64,000 bases of DNA, taken from the human T2T-CHM13v2.0 reference genome, Homo sapiens. The stretch is from assembly GCF_009914755.1 (NCBI RefSeq), contig NC_060947.1. One strand, given 5' to 3'. The position numbers and the translations under genes are program-made. The notes under the pieces are model-generated. The model saw only the letters and a list, made by a program, of their open reading frames with translations, did no database searches and was not told the origin of the DNA. Of this stretch, positions 12,223 through 25,308 are shown one piece after another. How positions within the stretch are numbered: position 1 is the stretch's first letter; every line of letters starts with the position of its first letter.

Positions 12223-13603
12223 GAAACCATTGAGCTGATTTCTAGGCGAAGAAATGATAAGCTAACTAGGATGAAGCCTTATTTCTACATATGAGGAAGA
12301 TGGGCACAACATCCAGCTCTTTCCTTAACTTTGGACCAAAAAAAAAAAAAAAAACCCTCCTGAATCTGGATCCAAAAGTTGTTGTACACACTTGCACAAG
12401 TTGATTAGTGCTTGTAGTTTATGCTTTTATGCAATATTTGCATTGCAGAGAGAGTTTCAAGTAAAATTAAGAATAAAACATACAGCAAATTTATTTAAAG
12501 TCCTCCTCGAACATTAAGTCATAGGACCAAGGTCATGCATATAACTGTTTTGGTTGTATCATACAGCTATTGATTTTTTTTTCAGTTGGTATTATTTAAG
12601 ACAGAAGAATCTCTCCCATGAATAGTCAATAAGTTTTTTACAAGATGACATCATCAGCTATACTATCTTGTCTTAGGATACTGGCCTAATTTTATGCATT
12701 AAATGTAGTTATGGAAAACACAGTCTTGGAAACTAAATGTGTACATTAAATTATATTTGCTTATTGACTTCCATTATAATTTTAGAGTTTATTTCCTATT
12801 AGAAAGCATGCTTACTTGAAAATAGAATATGAACTACATTTTCAAAGCCTAACATTCACTTTGAGTGGTATTATCTTGGTCTATGTGCATTTAACTATCT
12901 TATGAAATATCTCACAGTAAGTCTGCCAAATGGAAAAGTCATTCCTTTTTTCTATTGTTTGTTCACTGTTTCTTCAACTAACATCTACTGCATGCATTCT
13001 ATGTACTATGGAAGATAAAAAGATAAATAACACATGGTTCCTACCCCAGGAAAGATCATTTCATAATTATTTAGATTATATATTGAATATTAAAATTCAC
13101 CATAATTATTTTATATCCTTGGAAACTCTCATTTACTCCGTTAAACTTAAATTTAAAATTAAGTCACCACATTGACACTTCATGCACTCAACAGAGCTCA
13201 CTAGTTAAAAAACTGTCATGAATATAATTTCCATTCTGAATTCAAGAATTTTTAAGTGATTATTACGTATTACTAGCAATAATGATAGTAAAATTTTTAA
13301 GTCTTTGGAAAGTGCAAGGCATAATATCATTCCATTTTTCTTCAATAACTTTTACTAAATAGTCAATAACTAAGTATTTCTATTACTGAAACACAGACCG
13401 AAATTGTGTGAACAGCAGCAGAATAGATCTTACTATAAAGAAACCAAACTTCAGAAAGCTCAAAGCATTAAGTAACATATGTACATCTAATCAGATGAAA
13501 GGTTGAGTCCAGGGACATTGTCTGAGGCAGCAAATTCAGTAACAGGTATAGGCTTGTAAGCTGTAGCATACAACAGGACAGACGAGTTAAGAAAAATGGT
13601 TCT

Positions 13604-13964
13604 TAATCCAGTCTATCATTGTTGGACATTTGGGTTGGTTCCAAGTCTTTGCTATCGTGAATAGTGCCGCAATAAACATACGTGTGCATGTGTCTTTATA
13701 GCAGCATGATTTATAATCCTTTGGGTATATACCCAGTAACGGGATGGCTGGGTCAAATGGTATTTCTAGTTCTAGATCCCTGAGGAATCACCACAGGCCT
13801 GTTGTGGGGTGGGGGGAGGGGGGAGGGATAGCATTAGGAGATATACCTAATGTTAAATGACGAGTTAATGGGTGCAGCACACCAACATGGCACATGTATA
13901 CATATGTAACAAACCTGCACGCTTGCACATGTACCCTAAAACTTAAAGTATAATAAAAAAAAAA
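13604..13964 (+). mobile_element. Young L1 (L1PA3/4-like) with 5' inversion
   Basis: Antisense segment ~13604-13795, then sense 3'UTR and polyA; perfect 15-bp TSD aagaaaaatggttct at 13589-13603 and 13965-13979. Confidence 0.95.
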
Positions 13965-16112
13965 AAGAAAAATGGTTCTATGAAGTAAATGACTATGGTG
14001 GTGAATTATGAATGTGGTATGCTAGCTGTTTAATGTCTAACCACTTTACATTCCTTTCTATTCCTTGCTTCTCACTGCTCTCAGAGAGAGGGGGAGCTCT
14101 GTAAGAATTCTTCTGAGGTTCCACTTGTTAAGGTAGGCCTGAAAAATGCAAAGATAGAGACCTGTTGCTAAGTTTCCCAGGATCAGTCTTATAAACCACA
14201 TTTTTTCCTCAGTGGATAAAATCTTAGAGGTCCACCCAGATTCATAGAGGTGCCCCCAGATTTCCTAGGTATGAAGGCTTTCCTAAACACAATATGGATT
14301 TCTTTATGCCTTTGAACAGCTACTGTCTAGGAGAGTGAGGAGAGTCACATATGGACTTTCAAGAAGAGGAGAAGAACTGTATGTGAACTTCCACAAAGGG
14401 TTAGACATTCACTCTGGAAGTGAGGCCTATTGTATGGCTGTCTGTAAACCACACAATGAAGCTCTGTGGCATCTTGAGACATGGCCCACTTTCCTTGGTG
14501 CAGGGTTGCCACTGTCATGTGAATAGTACTAGAAGTCCATAAAACAAGAGATGGAAAGCAGGAAAGTTGGTTACAGCATGAAAAATTAAGAATCAGTGTG
14601 CAAGAGCACAAGACTTGAGATAAGCTCTGAAACTAGAACTGTGGCTATTTGCTTTCTGTCCTATTTTATACGTCCTGTTGTATGGAGTTAGGCAGGGTTT
14701 TTCAGGCAAGTGTTTATAGCCAGCAGGAGGGGCTGGGCCCTGTAGGTGCAGCTAGCTACTGTCTAAGCTAAGGGCAAAGGCACGGGCCTTTTGGGAGGTA
14801 CTTACATCAGTCTTTAAAGGATCTTTGCCACTTTGGCAGCACCTTTGATGGCAGGAGAGATGCTGCAGGCAAGATTCCACCTGGTGGAAGAGCCTGTGCA
14901 TGAGCACATGTTAGCCATACAGATACGTAATCTCATTCACTGCCTTACTTTATTAATTGAATAAAACCCAAAGCAAAATTAAACCAATGCAAAAGCATGG
15001 CAAACTTGTATGTTTAATATCATATTAATGGTCTTGCTGATAAATATTTACGTCATTTATTCATGATTAGGACATCTTTTTATATAGATTAGAAAGACAT
15101 ACAAATGGTAAGGAGCATGTTCTCTTCAAACTCTTGAGAGACTAATATTAAGTACTGCCCAGGTTTACTCAACTGACATTCAGTTGTCTACATTTTCAAC
15201 ATAAAAGTGAGTGAACTAAAGGCAGTTTTAAAAATCTCTTCTAAAATCAGTGTATATCAATCAGTTTTGGGAGCTACAAGAGACTTCAGCTTCTAGTATG
15301 TCAACAACCCTCCATTGCTCAACCTTCATGGCTTTGGGGACCTGCTTCAGTGCTCCTAGTCTTTCCTGTCCTAATGGTACAAGTGGATTATATCAAGGAA
15401 AACTTGAGATTGCTGGAGGCAGCACTGATTCATCTGTGGAGGTCAAGGGCTGTACAGCCATGACTTTTTGCAGGTTGATAGCGCCAGAATCTTAATAAGA
15501 GGACCCATGTTAGTGAAAGAAAGGTGACTGCAGCAGCTATTCACTCAACCCTGAAAGGCTGAAAATGGGGTCACCTGTCTTGGTATTTCAATTAGGGGGT
15601 TACAGCTACTGCTGCCATTGCTGCTTCAATCATTTGCTCATTTTTTTTCCTGAGAAGGTACTTCTGATCCTGGGTCTCAGGACACCTTTTTGACTGGGAG
15701 TCTTCTGACTGTTGGTCATCAGCAAATTGAGGAGCAGGGGGGGATTTGAGGGAGAACATAAAGAGATGCTGTGGATGTATTTCACATCTTAGATAAAATT
15801 TCAGCTGTGATCTGTGTAGGCAGTAGATATTGCTAATAAAAAATTCTGCTGTGAAAAAAATTTTTTAGTTTGTTCTGAGTATCCCTGGATGAGTACTACA
15901 GAGCATAATTTGCTCTGTCCTCACCTAATCACAGTAGGGTTTGGGGCTTCTACATTGAAGAGTGAGTGTGGTCCTTGCCAAAGAGCAGATAAGGGAAATA
16001 ATAGATCATCTATTTCCCTAGGGCAACTAACACTCTAGGTCTTCTACATCTCAGGATCCCAGTTTCTTCAGGTTTAATGTCTAAAATGAGGTGAAGCTCA
16101 CAGTCTGAATCC

Positions 16113-16115
<3 letters not shown>

Positions 16116-16156
<41 letters not shown>
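16116..16156. repeat. (TA)n microsatellite
   Basis: About 20 TA units. Confidence 0.98.
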
Positions 16157-16159
<3 letters not shown>

Positions 16160-16589
16160 ATAGATTAATATAATCTCTATATTATATTATTAATATAATA
16201 GAATACAGATATTAAACATATATATATGGCTGTATTTTATATGAAAACAATCATTCTAGAGGATGTTGTAAGCTATTTCTAGATTTTTTGCAAAATAAAA
16301 CTTGGTCATTATATAATAACTGACAATGATAATAGTTACAACAATAAATAAGATACTGTTTTTCAATGGTGACTACATGTACATGCCAGTCACTGTGTCA
16401 GGCTTTTTCCCTTTATTTGTAACTAAATTGCAATAGGAGAATATATCATATTATGGGGGTAGGGATAACTCTGGCCATCTCAGAGGAAAAAACAGAAAAA
16501 GAGAGGAAATAAATGACATTAATTATGTTTGCTTTGCTGAAGAGTGTGTGAAACAGAGAAGCAATCCAAGAAGCCACACATATGAAGAT

Positions 16590-16790
16590 GATAATAGAAA
16601 CAATAATAACCATTTACTGAGTACTTATGTAGCAGTTATCTTATTAAATAACAATACATAAATTATATTGTTTACTTCCCAGGAAACTGGCGTTCAAGGA
16701 GGTGACTAATCTAAGGTCATCTAGCTAAGTGACAGAGACAGTATTCAAACTAAGGTGCCTCTGACTCCAAAGACTATTCAAACTTCCAGA
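16590..16790 (-). mobile_element. MIR fragment
   Basis: ggaaactggc...aaggtcatctagctaagtgacagag...ttcaaact...tctgactccaaag. Confidence 0.6.
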
Positions 16791-16843
16791 CTTTGCTAAG
16801 GACTTCCAACAACTGCATTATACTGATAAAAGTTGCCTGTCAG

Positions 16844-16914
16844 AACCTGCACGTTGTGCACATGTACCCTAAAACTTAAAGTATAATATTAGTAAAATAA
16901 AAAAAAAGAATAAA
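16844..16914 (+). mobile_element. Very short young L1 3' terminus with A-rich tail
   Basis: aacctgcacgttgtgcacatgtaccctaaaacttaaagtataat plus A tail; no TSD found. Confidence 0.9.
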
Positions 16915-17489
16915 GAGGATGTTCCATAACTCAGTCTGTGAGTCAGACAACTGAAGAAGCCTACCTTCTGCCACATAGGTAAGTGAGGAGTGTCTCCAAG
17001 TTCATTTAGTAAGCTGGAGAAATATTACTTTCTGCATGAAAATACTAGCTCAGTAGATTTTTTAAAAATGTACTAATTACATGTTTTTAAAGTTAACTCT
17101 GTGGTAAGAGAATTTGTGTGTTTCATACATTCCCATGAGTGTTAGGAAAGGATAAAAAGCCAACAAAGGCCATATTCTCACGAACAAGAGAGCAATTCCC
17201 ATTGGCAACAAAATACTGAAATTCGTTGCAATGATTTGTTACAGAGAGTATACTAGCCTGGAATGCACTGATTGTCAAGGAAATGGATCTCTGAATTTAA
17301 AAGACCAGTGCCTTTTAGGGAAGCAGAAAGAGAAGGTATTGCCCTAATATAACAGTATCAAATCTCAAACCAAAGAGATTTATGGAGCAGAAGAAGTCTT
17401 GATTGCCTTCTATAGAACTATAAAAGCTCAATGTGCTAAAGAAAACCTTTGGCTTCTTTTGAGCCACTCAATTGTTTGATTATTGTCAT

Positions 17490-17720
17490 GTTCATCATCA
17501 TCATAACTGAAATGTGTTGAATACTTAACACATGTTGAGCACTATACATATAACAATTCATTTAATCCCCATATCACACTATGTGGTAATGACTATTACT
17601 ATATTATTTTATATTTGAAGGAACAGTGGCAATTAGAGATTAGATTACTTGCCTTTGGTCACAAAGGTAGCAAATTCAGATCTGGAATTCTTTACTTGGG
17701 CAATCTGACTTCAGAGATCT
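17490..17720 (-). mobile_element. MIR
   Basis: tcatttaatcccc...gattagattacttgcc...ggtcaca...tctgacttcagag. Confidence 0.6.
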
Positions 17721-19674
17721 TCTAAACCACTATACTACACCTACTCCTGAAACTGAAATGGTAGGTATTATTATCACTATCATTAACCTGAAGCTTAGTC
17801 AATTTTAGTATTAGAATAATATTCATGGTTATTTGTCTTCCTTGGGCTGGAAGTGGGTACATATATTGAATGGCAGAAGATATGATTGGCAGCTTCCCTA
17901 ACATGAACAGAAATGGGTCAACTATAAACAGTCTGAGCAAAAGAAGGTATTAAGGGTACACCAATATATGCGTACAAAATTAATTGCTTGAAAGAAGGAC
18001 CATTCTATTCTAATTGTATAATGCTCAAATGGTCTTTCCATCTGTGCTGCTTTTTGGCTAAGGGATAAAAAGAAATAAAAATAAAAGAAGCAGAACTGCA
18101 AAAAGCATCCCACTGCAAATAACTGCTGGAATCTTAATCCGAAGATAACATAGGTGTATGTATTTTATGAAAGTGACTGCTACTCGTATATAAATCATTT
18201 GGAAAATTATATGCATTGTGATTATAAGTTTTTGACATAAAAATAAAATTCAATTTTACAAATTCTAGTTCCACTAATTTGAAATTATGATATTGATTGT
18301 CACAATTTATTAAATTCCTGCTGTGATTTAGGTACTAAACTGTGGAGTTAAGCCTAAGTTAACTTCTTTACATTTTATTTTAAAAGCTACAAAGTATAAT
18401 ATGTATATGCTTATTTTACAGTTAAGAAACGTAGGCTAAAATAAGCAATTTTCCAAAAATCACACTACTGGAAACTAGGCTTTCATCTTAATGGGGAAAG
18501 AATAGAGTCTAATACTTTTGACCTACTGTGTGCCCAGTACTGATCTAGGCAATTCACAAACATTGTCTCATTTACATATATATTCAGGGGAAGGATACAA
18601 ATAATATAATATAATAGATCACGATAGTAGCTGCTGACTGTTTACTTGCTGGAAAAAAGGTTTATGGTCAGGTGAAATAGTGAATAAGCAAATTTTACTC
18701 TCAGAGACCTTTCTTCTTTGGTCAGACTGATCAAATGCACATTGACAGCTCCTGAAACAGCAAATAGAACCTCAGAACATGTTTAGGTATCAGCATTGTG
18801 TTGTACATGAAACCATGCCACCTTGTTTAAGCAGTGGACTATGTTTCTGAGCCGCATAGGCACATAGCTCAAAAAAACACTGATGGCCAAACCATGATTC
18901 CCAAAATATAAATGTATACAGTAGAGATGGTTTTGAACATGCCTAGCCAATAATGCAAGTTTTAGTTCTGTCCGGAGAGACAAGGGTTACAAAGAGTTTC
19001 TATAAAATATTAATAATTTTGCATATTCATGACCTAACACCAAAAATATCTTTTCTCTTTTTTGTAATTCTCAGAGAGCAGTTTAAGAATTTTACCTAAA
19101 GTCACCGTGCAAGGGGGATGAGCTCCAGGGACTGTCATTTTTCACAGGTGTGTTTTGGATTAAATTTGGATACCTTGTTAAAAAACGAGTTTTCTTTTTC
19201 TTTCTGCAGAGCACGTGTTTTTACCTTCGTTTTTATAGCAAGTTTAAGAAACCATTAATAAATTAGCCATCAGTGACTTTAAAATCAATGTGTTTCTGGC
19301 CATTGAGAAAACCTGTTCACGTGTTCTAGTGGTGATTGTTTGCTATTTTGGGGATAATAAAGTGTTGGATTTTTTTTTTTTTGAGAAAGGAATCCAGCAG
19401 AGCTCTGATTAAAGAGGACTTTCTAATAAACAGCAGTTTGAAACAACTGCTCTAGAATTTAATAGCCCCTTTGCATGCACCAGAATTTTGAGCTAAAGCT
19501 AGAATATAACAAAGTCATAAAGGGCTTCTCCTATATTCAAGTCACATCAAGATGAACCCAAAAGAGCACCCTCGCATTCTTTCAACATCCTTCCTCTTTC
19601 TCTTACATACATGAAATATCCCTTCTTCACCTGCTACTTCAAATACCCATTCATTGGTGGATAATATCCTCTAT

Positions 19675-19845
19675 GATTTGAAACTCAAAATGTGGTCTGT
19701 GGATTTACATCATCAGCATCACCTGAGCCTTTGTTAATTACAGAATCTCTGGCCATACCTCAGACTTACTGAATCAGAATTTGCATTTAACAAGATTTCC
19801 AGGTGATTCATATGCACATTAAAGTCTGATAAGCACAGCTCTATA
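19675..19845. mobile_element. MER5A hAT-Charlie MITE
   Basis: catcagcatcacctgag...cagacttactgaatcagaatttgcatttaacaagatttccaggtgattcatatgcacattaaagt. Confidence 0.8.
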
Positions 19846-19847
19846 AT

Positions 19848-19975
19848 AGAGTTTCTCAACCCTGGCTCACCATTAAAATATACATAGAAGAGGTTAAAAA
19901 AATACTAATGCCTGGCCCTAACCCCTTCTGCCCTTTTCCACCAAAATTCAGATTAAGTGTCTTGGTGTGAAGTCC
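19848..19975. mobile_element. Second MER5-family fragment, adjacent to the first
   Basis: gtttctcaaccctggct...aaaatactaatgcctggccc. Confidence 0.55.
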
Positions 19976-19980
19976 AATGA

Positions 19981-19983
<3 letters not shown>

Positions 19984-20029
<46 letters not shown>
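19984..20029. repeat. (TA)n microsatellite
   Basis: About 23 TA units. Confidence 0.98.
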
Positions 20030-20032
<3 letters not shown>

Positions 20033-20894
20033 GATGTTCAGTTATTTCAACTATTTGCCCTAGGCTATAGATTGTCCAGCTTTGCTGTATTCCCATTCGT
20101 TCTTAACTTCAATTTCTGATACCAAGTTGCTATATTTTATCTTATTTTTGTAAATAATGGTCAATGTCTTTGAGAGACAAATTGAATTCATGTTGCTTTG
20201 TCACTGGGCATAATTGTCTTTAATTTCTGTTCTTAAATGGTGGCTACCAGCACTCTCAGATCTAAGCCCTGAATATTTGGCATGTGACTAGTTTGGGCCT
20301 AGCTGGGATGCATCCCTAAAATGGGCAACCAAAAAATATCTGACATGACAATAAACTATATTCAGTAAGAGTAGGATTTCTAATTACCCATTCACCTTGA
20401 TTTGACAGCTATTAACTTTGTTATTAAAATATACCTAATGATGGCCAAGATGATATTTACAAATGTATTTGTTAGAGCTGCCATCTATACAAAATGTCAT
20501 TGACTCTTCTTGGTTAATCATATTTAGTAAATCCTCATTAGAAAAATGACAAATACTCTTTTATTAAGATCACTAACCACAAAGTTATTTGTTATTCATA
20601 TTGATATAATAGGTAGTTCCAAAGGAATTATGGATTAAGAGAAACTTTAGTCATAATACTAGTTTATAGTTTCCATGTTCATTATGCAAAATTTAGTGCA
20701 AATGATAATTCCCAGTCATATTAAATGAACAGGAAAACAGAAATGATCACATTTTCATGAAAGTGATTAAAGTGATATTTTCACCTTGAATAAAGCAGAA
20801 GCAATACACTGACAGTTTTCATTATACTCACTGTATCACTTCTCGAGTAGAAATAACCATCTCAAAGCTATATATGCATGTCACTTTTGAAATA

Positions 20895-20896
<2 letters not shown>

Positions 20897-20930
<34 letters not shown>
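20897..20930. repeat. (GT)n microsatellite
   Basis: About 17 GT units. Confidence 0.98.
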
Positions 20931-20933
<3 letters not shown>

Positions 20934-22489
20934 TATTTATTTTTTATGGTTTTGTCGAAGACAAATTTTTAGGTAATTGGTACTTATAACTGCTGGCATA
21001 GCATTGAAAATCCAATAATTTCTCATTTTTAAATAGTTAATACTATATTTAAATAAATTGTTTTTATTTATTTTGTTTTAGTTTAGTATTTGTGTTGTTG
21101 TTATATCACAGCCTCGCCTCTACTTCCACTCCAGGAAAAGTCAAAGTCACAAATAATACCCACAGACCAAATTAGATTTAGATTTTTTTATACCAAGATT
21201 CAAATGCTAACAGATCAAGATTTTTCAGGTCACCAAAAGAAGGGACTTCAAAAAAGTCCTTAAATCATTTCTGTTCTCCAAGGCATGGCATGTGTTGTAC
21301 TGTGCAACTCTCCATGTGTACATCTTATAATGAAAGTACAGAACACTCTGGGACTGTGCACAAAGAAGATACCAACTAATGAGATCACTGCAGCATTTGT
21401 CTACGGCATCCTTTTGGAAGTTGATAATAAGCAGTGAAAATAACACCTTTAGTGCCCCAAAACGTTGTTTGGACTGAAGTAACTTGCTTGCAGCAGTCAC
21501 GATCAACTTGAGCAAACTAAACACAAAATAACAAAAGCTTAGACCCAGAGTCCTTGGAAGCTTACCAATAAGACTCTGAACTTGAATAGCAGTTTTTTTC
21601 TCAATATAGACAACTTTTCTGCTCAGTTTTGGCTGCGGACCAAAAACTAGCACAGTAGATTCCAACTTACCCATGTTATTGAGTTAAATCACAGATGTTA
21701 GCACTTACCAGAGTACTAGGCATGCAGTAGGGGCTCAAAAACTGACTTGTGAATCCAATTTAAAATTTTGTATCTGAAAATTGAGTTTGGGAAATGGGTA
21801 GGTAGGAAAGGGAGGAATTGCATTTGACTCTAATAACAGTGCCAATTAGAGACTGGAATGCTACTGTTGGAGGGACCGTATTGCCAGACGTACTGAGATT
21901 ACCTGAAGGCAAATAATCAAGTAGCTATGATCTTGAATTGTTCATGTCAGGAAAATCTCATCTGAATCGAACCCCTGTCTTTCTATGATTGTGGGTTCTC
22001 TCTATCCGATGTATACTAGGTTCTTGGATTCTAAGTGGTAATAAGTGACAATGCCATGAGGATGCACTAGTAGCCCTTGTTATGGGCCTGTAAATGCACA
22101 AAGCTATGGCAATTTGGTCGTGCAATATATTATTTTGCAATGTCGTTGAGTCTACAAGGTTGGAGGAATTACTTCTCTTTGTCTCTTTCCCTTGCTGCTT
22201 ATTTTGACTCTTTCTTCCCACTTAAGTCACAAGCAGCTAAGTTATATTCATTCTTGGAAGCTGTCTTGAGAAGCCTGGAGTACATGGAAGCAGATATTGT
22301 GGCAAATCCTCAGCCGCCCCTTCCTCTCTCCACCTGTCTTTCCCTTGCTCCTTCCCTCTCTTCTTTCTTTGGTTCAGCTGACACGGGATGGCTAGAAGTG
22401 GTGTCCCCACACAGGCTTGAAAAGATCTAGGGTGCGACATAACTCACTGAGGATCCACATTGTAATATGGGAAGAATCATAATGGTAAT

Positions 22490-22650
22490 ATAGTTACTTA
22501 ACCTGGTTATGTCACAGGTTTCTTATCTCTAAAATGTAGATAAATAAAGGCATCTACCTCAAAGACTTACTTCTTCTAAGCATTCTATAAGAATGTATAG
22601 AGTGTGCTTAAAATAGCATCCAGGCTTAAGTAAAATCTACGTAAATATTT
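22490..22650 (+). mobile_element. MIR fragment
   Basis: agttacttaacct...caggtttcttatctctaaaatg...atctacctca. Confidence 0.55.
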
Positions 22651-22938
22651 GATTTTATTTCAATAATTTCTACCAAAAAAAAGGTGGGGTCATGTGGTCT
22701 GAGCATAAAGATAGTCAGTGACATCTTAATGGCTTTATCACTGTCCAAAACATCCACCAAACCCTGGTGCCTTCCTAGGCCACTGAAGAAATACCCTGGC
22801 TCCGGCGAATGTTATAAGAAGATAAGAGGTCTTCATGTCTACCAGCCAGCTATTCCTAATCCAATTGGTGTATCTTCCTTCTGTTTCAACGATTCTTATA
22901 TCTAGGTATGATCACAGTGATGTAAATCACATTTTTTG

Positions 22939-24072
22939 TTTTTCTACTTTTAAGTTCAGGGGTACATATACAGTTTTATTATATAGGTAAACTATCATGG
23001 GAGTTTGGTGTACAGATTATTTCATCATCATCTAAGTAATATGCATAATACCTGATAGACAGGTTTTTATATCCTTTCCCTCCTTCCACCCTCCACCCTC
23101 AAGTAGGCCCCTGTGTCTGTTGTTCCCTTATTTCTGTCCATGGGTACTCATTGTTTAGCTCCCACTTATAAGTGAAAATATATGGTATTTGCTTTTCTGT
23201 TCCTGCATTAATTTGCTTAGGATAATGGCCTACAGCTCCATCCATGTTGCTGCAAAGGACATGATCTTATTCCTTTTTATGACTGCATAGTGTTCCATGG
23301 TGTATATGTAACATATTTTCTTTATCTAATCTGTCATTGATGGGCATTTAGATTGATTCTATGCCTTTGATATTGTGAATAATGCTGCAATGAAAATTCA
23401 CATACATGTATCTTTATGGTAGAATGATTTATATTCCTCTGGGTATATACCTAGTAATGATGTTGCTGGGTTGAATGGTAGTTCTGTCTTTAGCTCTTCG
23501 AGGTATTGCCATACTGCTTTCCACAATGATTGAACTAATTTACACTCCCACCAGCAGCATATAAATGTTCCCCTTTCTCTGCAACCTCACCAGCGTGTTA
23601 TAGTAGTTCTGACTGATGTGAGATGGTATCTCGCTGTAGTTTTGATTTGCATTTCTTTGATGAATAGTGATTATTATTGCCTTGCCTATTCAGGCTCTTT
23701 ATTTAATTTCGTTTTTTCATATGCTTCTTGGCCACATGATGTCTTCTTTTGAGAAGTGTCTGTTCATGTCCTTGCCCACTTTTTAATGGGGTTGCTTTAT
23801 TTTGCTTGTGAATTTCATGTTCCTTATGGATTCTCAATATTAGACCTTTGTTGGATGCGCAGTTTGCACATGTTGTCTTCCCTTCTATAGGTTGTCTGTT
23901 TACTCTTGTCATAGTTTCTTTTGCTGTACAGAAGCTCTCTAGTTTAATTAGGTCTCATTTCTCAATCTTTGTTTTTTGTTGCCATTATTTTGGTGACATA
24001 ATCACAAAAGCTTTGCCAGGTCCTATGTCCAGAATGGTATGGTATTTCCTAGGTTGTCTTACAGACTGCATT

Positions 24073-24108
<36 letters not shown>

Positions 24109-25081
24109 TTTTGGGTTTTATGTTTAAGTCTTTGTTCTATCTTGAGTTAATTTTCATATGTGGTTTAAGGTATGGGCCCAGTTTCAATATTCTGCATATG
24201 GATATCCAGTTATCCTCTCACCATTTATTGAATGGGGAGTCCTTTCCTCATCGCTTGTTTTTGGCAACTTTATTGAAGATCAGATTACTGTATGTGTGCA
24301 GCATTATTTCTGGGCTTTCTATTCTGTTCCATTTGTCTATGTGTTTTATTTTTTGTACCAGTAACGTGCTGTTTTGGTTACTGTAGCCCTGTAGTATAGT
24401 TTGAAGTTGGGTAATGTTATGCTCCCAGTTTTGTCTTTTTGCTTAGAATTGTCTTGCCTATTCAGGCTCTGTTTTGATTATATGAATTTTGTAATAGTTT
24501 ATTCTAGTTCTGTGAAGAATGTCATTGGTAGTTTAATGGGAATAGCATTGAATCTGTAAATTGCTTTGGGCAATATGGCCATTTTCATACTGATTCTTCC
24601 TATTCATGAGCATGAAATGTTTTTCCATTTGTTTGTGTAATTTCTGATTTCTTTGAGCAGTGTTTTGTAATTCTCATTGTATAGATCTTTGACCTTCCTG
24701 GTTAGCTGTATTCCTAGGTATTTTATTTTTTTGTGGGCTTTGTGAATGGGATTCCCTTCCCAATTTGGTTCTCAGCTTGTATGTTGTTGGTGAATGGGAA
24801 TGCTGCTGATTTTTGTATATTGACTTTGTGTCCTGAAACTTTGCTGAAGAAGTTGTTTTTCAATTCAAGGAAGCTTTTGGTAGAGACTATTGGGTTTTGT
24901 AGTTAGGGAATTGTATCATCTGCAAACAGGGATGGTTTGACTCCCTTTCTTCCTATTTGGATGCCTTCTATTTCTTTCTCTTGCCTGATTGTTCTGGCCA
25001 GGACTTCTAGTACTACGTTGAATAGGAGTGGTAGGAGTGGTGACAGAAGGCATCCTTGTCTTGTTCTAGTTTTCAAGAGGA
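22939..25081 (-). mobile_element. 5'-truncated older L1 (L1PA15/16-like)
   Basis: RT peptide [11 protein letters not shown]...SLFADDTI; 3'UTR; degenerate TSD atgtaaatcacattttttg (22920-22938) and atgtaaagcagattctttg (25082-25100). Confidence 0.92.
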
Positions 25082-25256
25082 ATGTAAAGCAGATTCTTTG
25101 AAGAGCATGTAAGGCAAGTGTCCTTGGTGGATTTGACTTCTGGTTATAATCTGGCCTGAAAGGAAATACTGCAAGATGTACATTGTTGGCCTGGCGCATG
25201 CTGATCACTCTGACAAGAAAGATCTCCCTCTATGAAAAGAATTCACCTAGGGACAT

Positions 25257-25308
25257 AGGGGTGTGTGTGTTTGTGTGGGCGGGGGGGGGGGTGGGGGAAG
25301 TGGGGGGG
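25257..25308 (+). repeat. G-rich low-complexity tract (potential G-quadruplex)
   Basis: gggg...gggc(g)11tgggggaagt(g)7. Confidence 0.7.

Noticed and set aside
15250-15800. Moderately GC-richer block, possibly ancient ERV internal sequence
   Set aside because: Could not recognise any retroviral peptide or LTR ends
21225-21674. 149-aa minus-strand ORF in unique DNA
   Set aside because: No recognisable domain, composition looks noncoding, and no coherent exon boundaries
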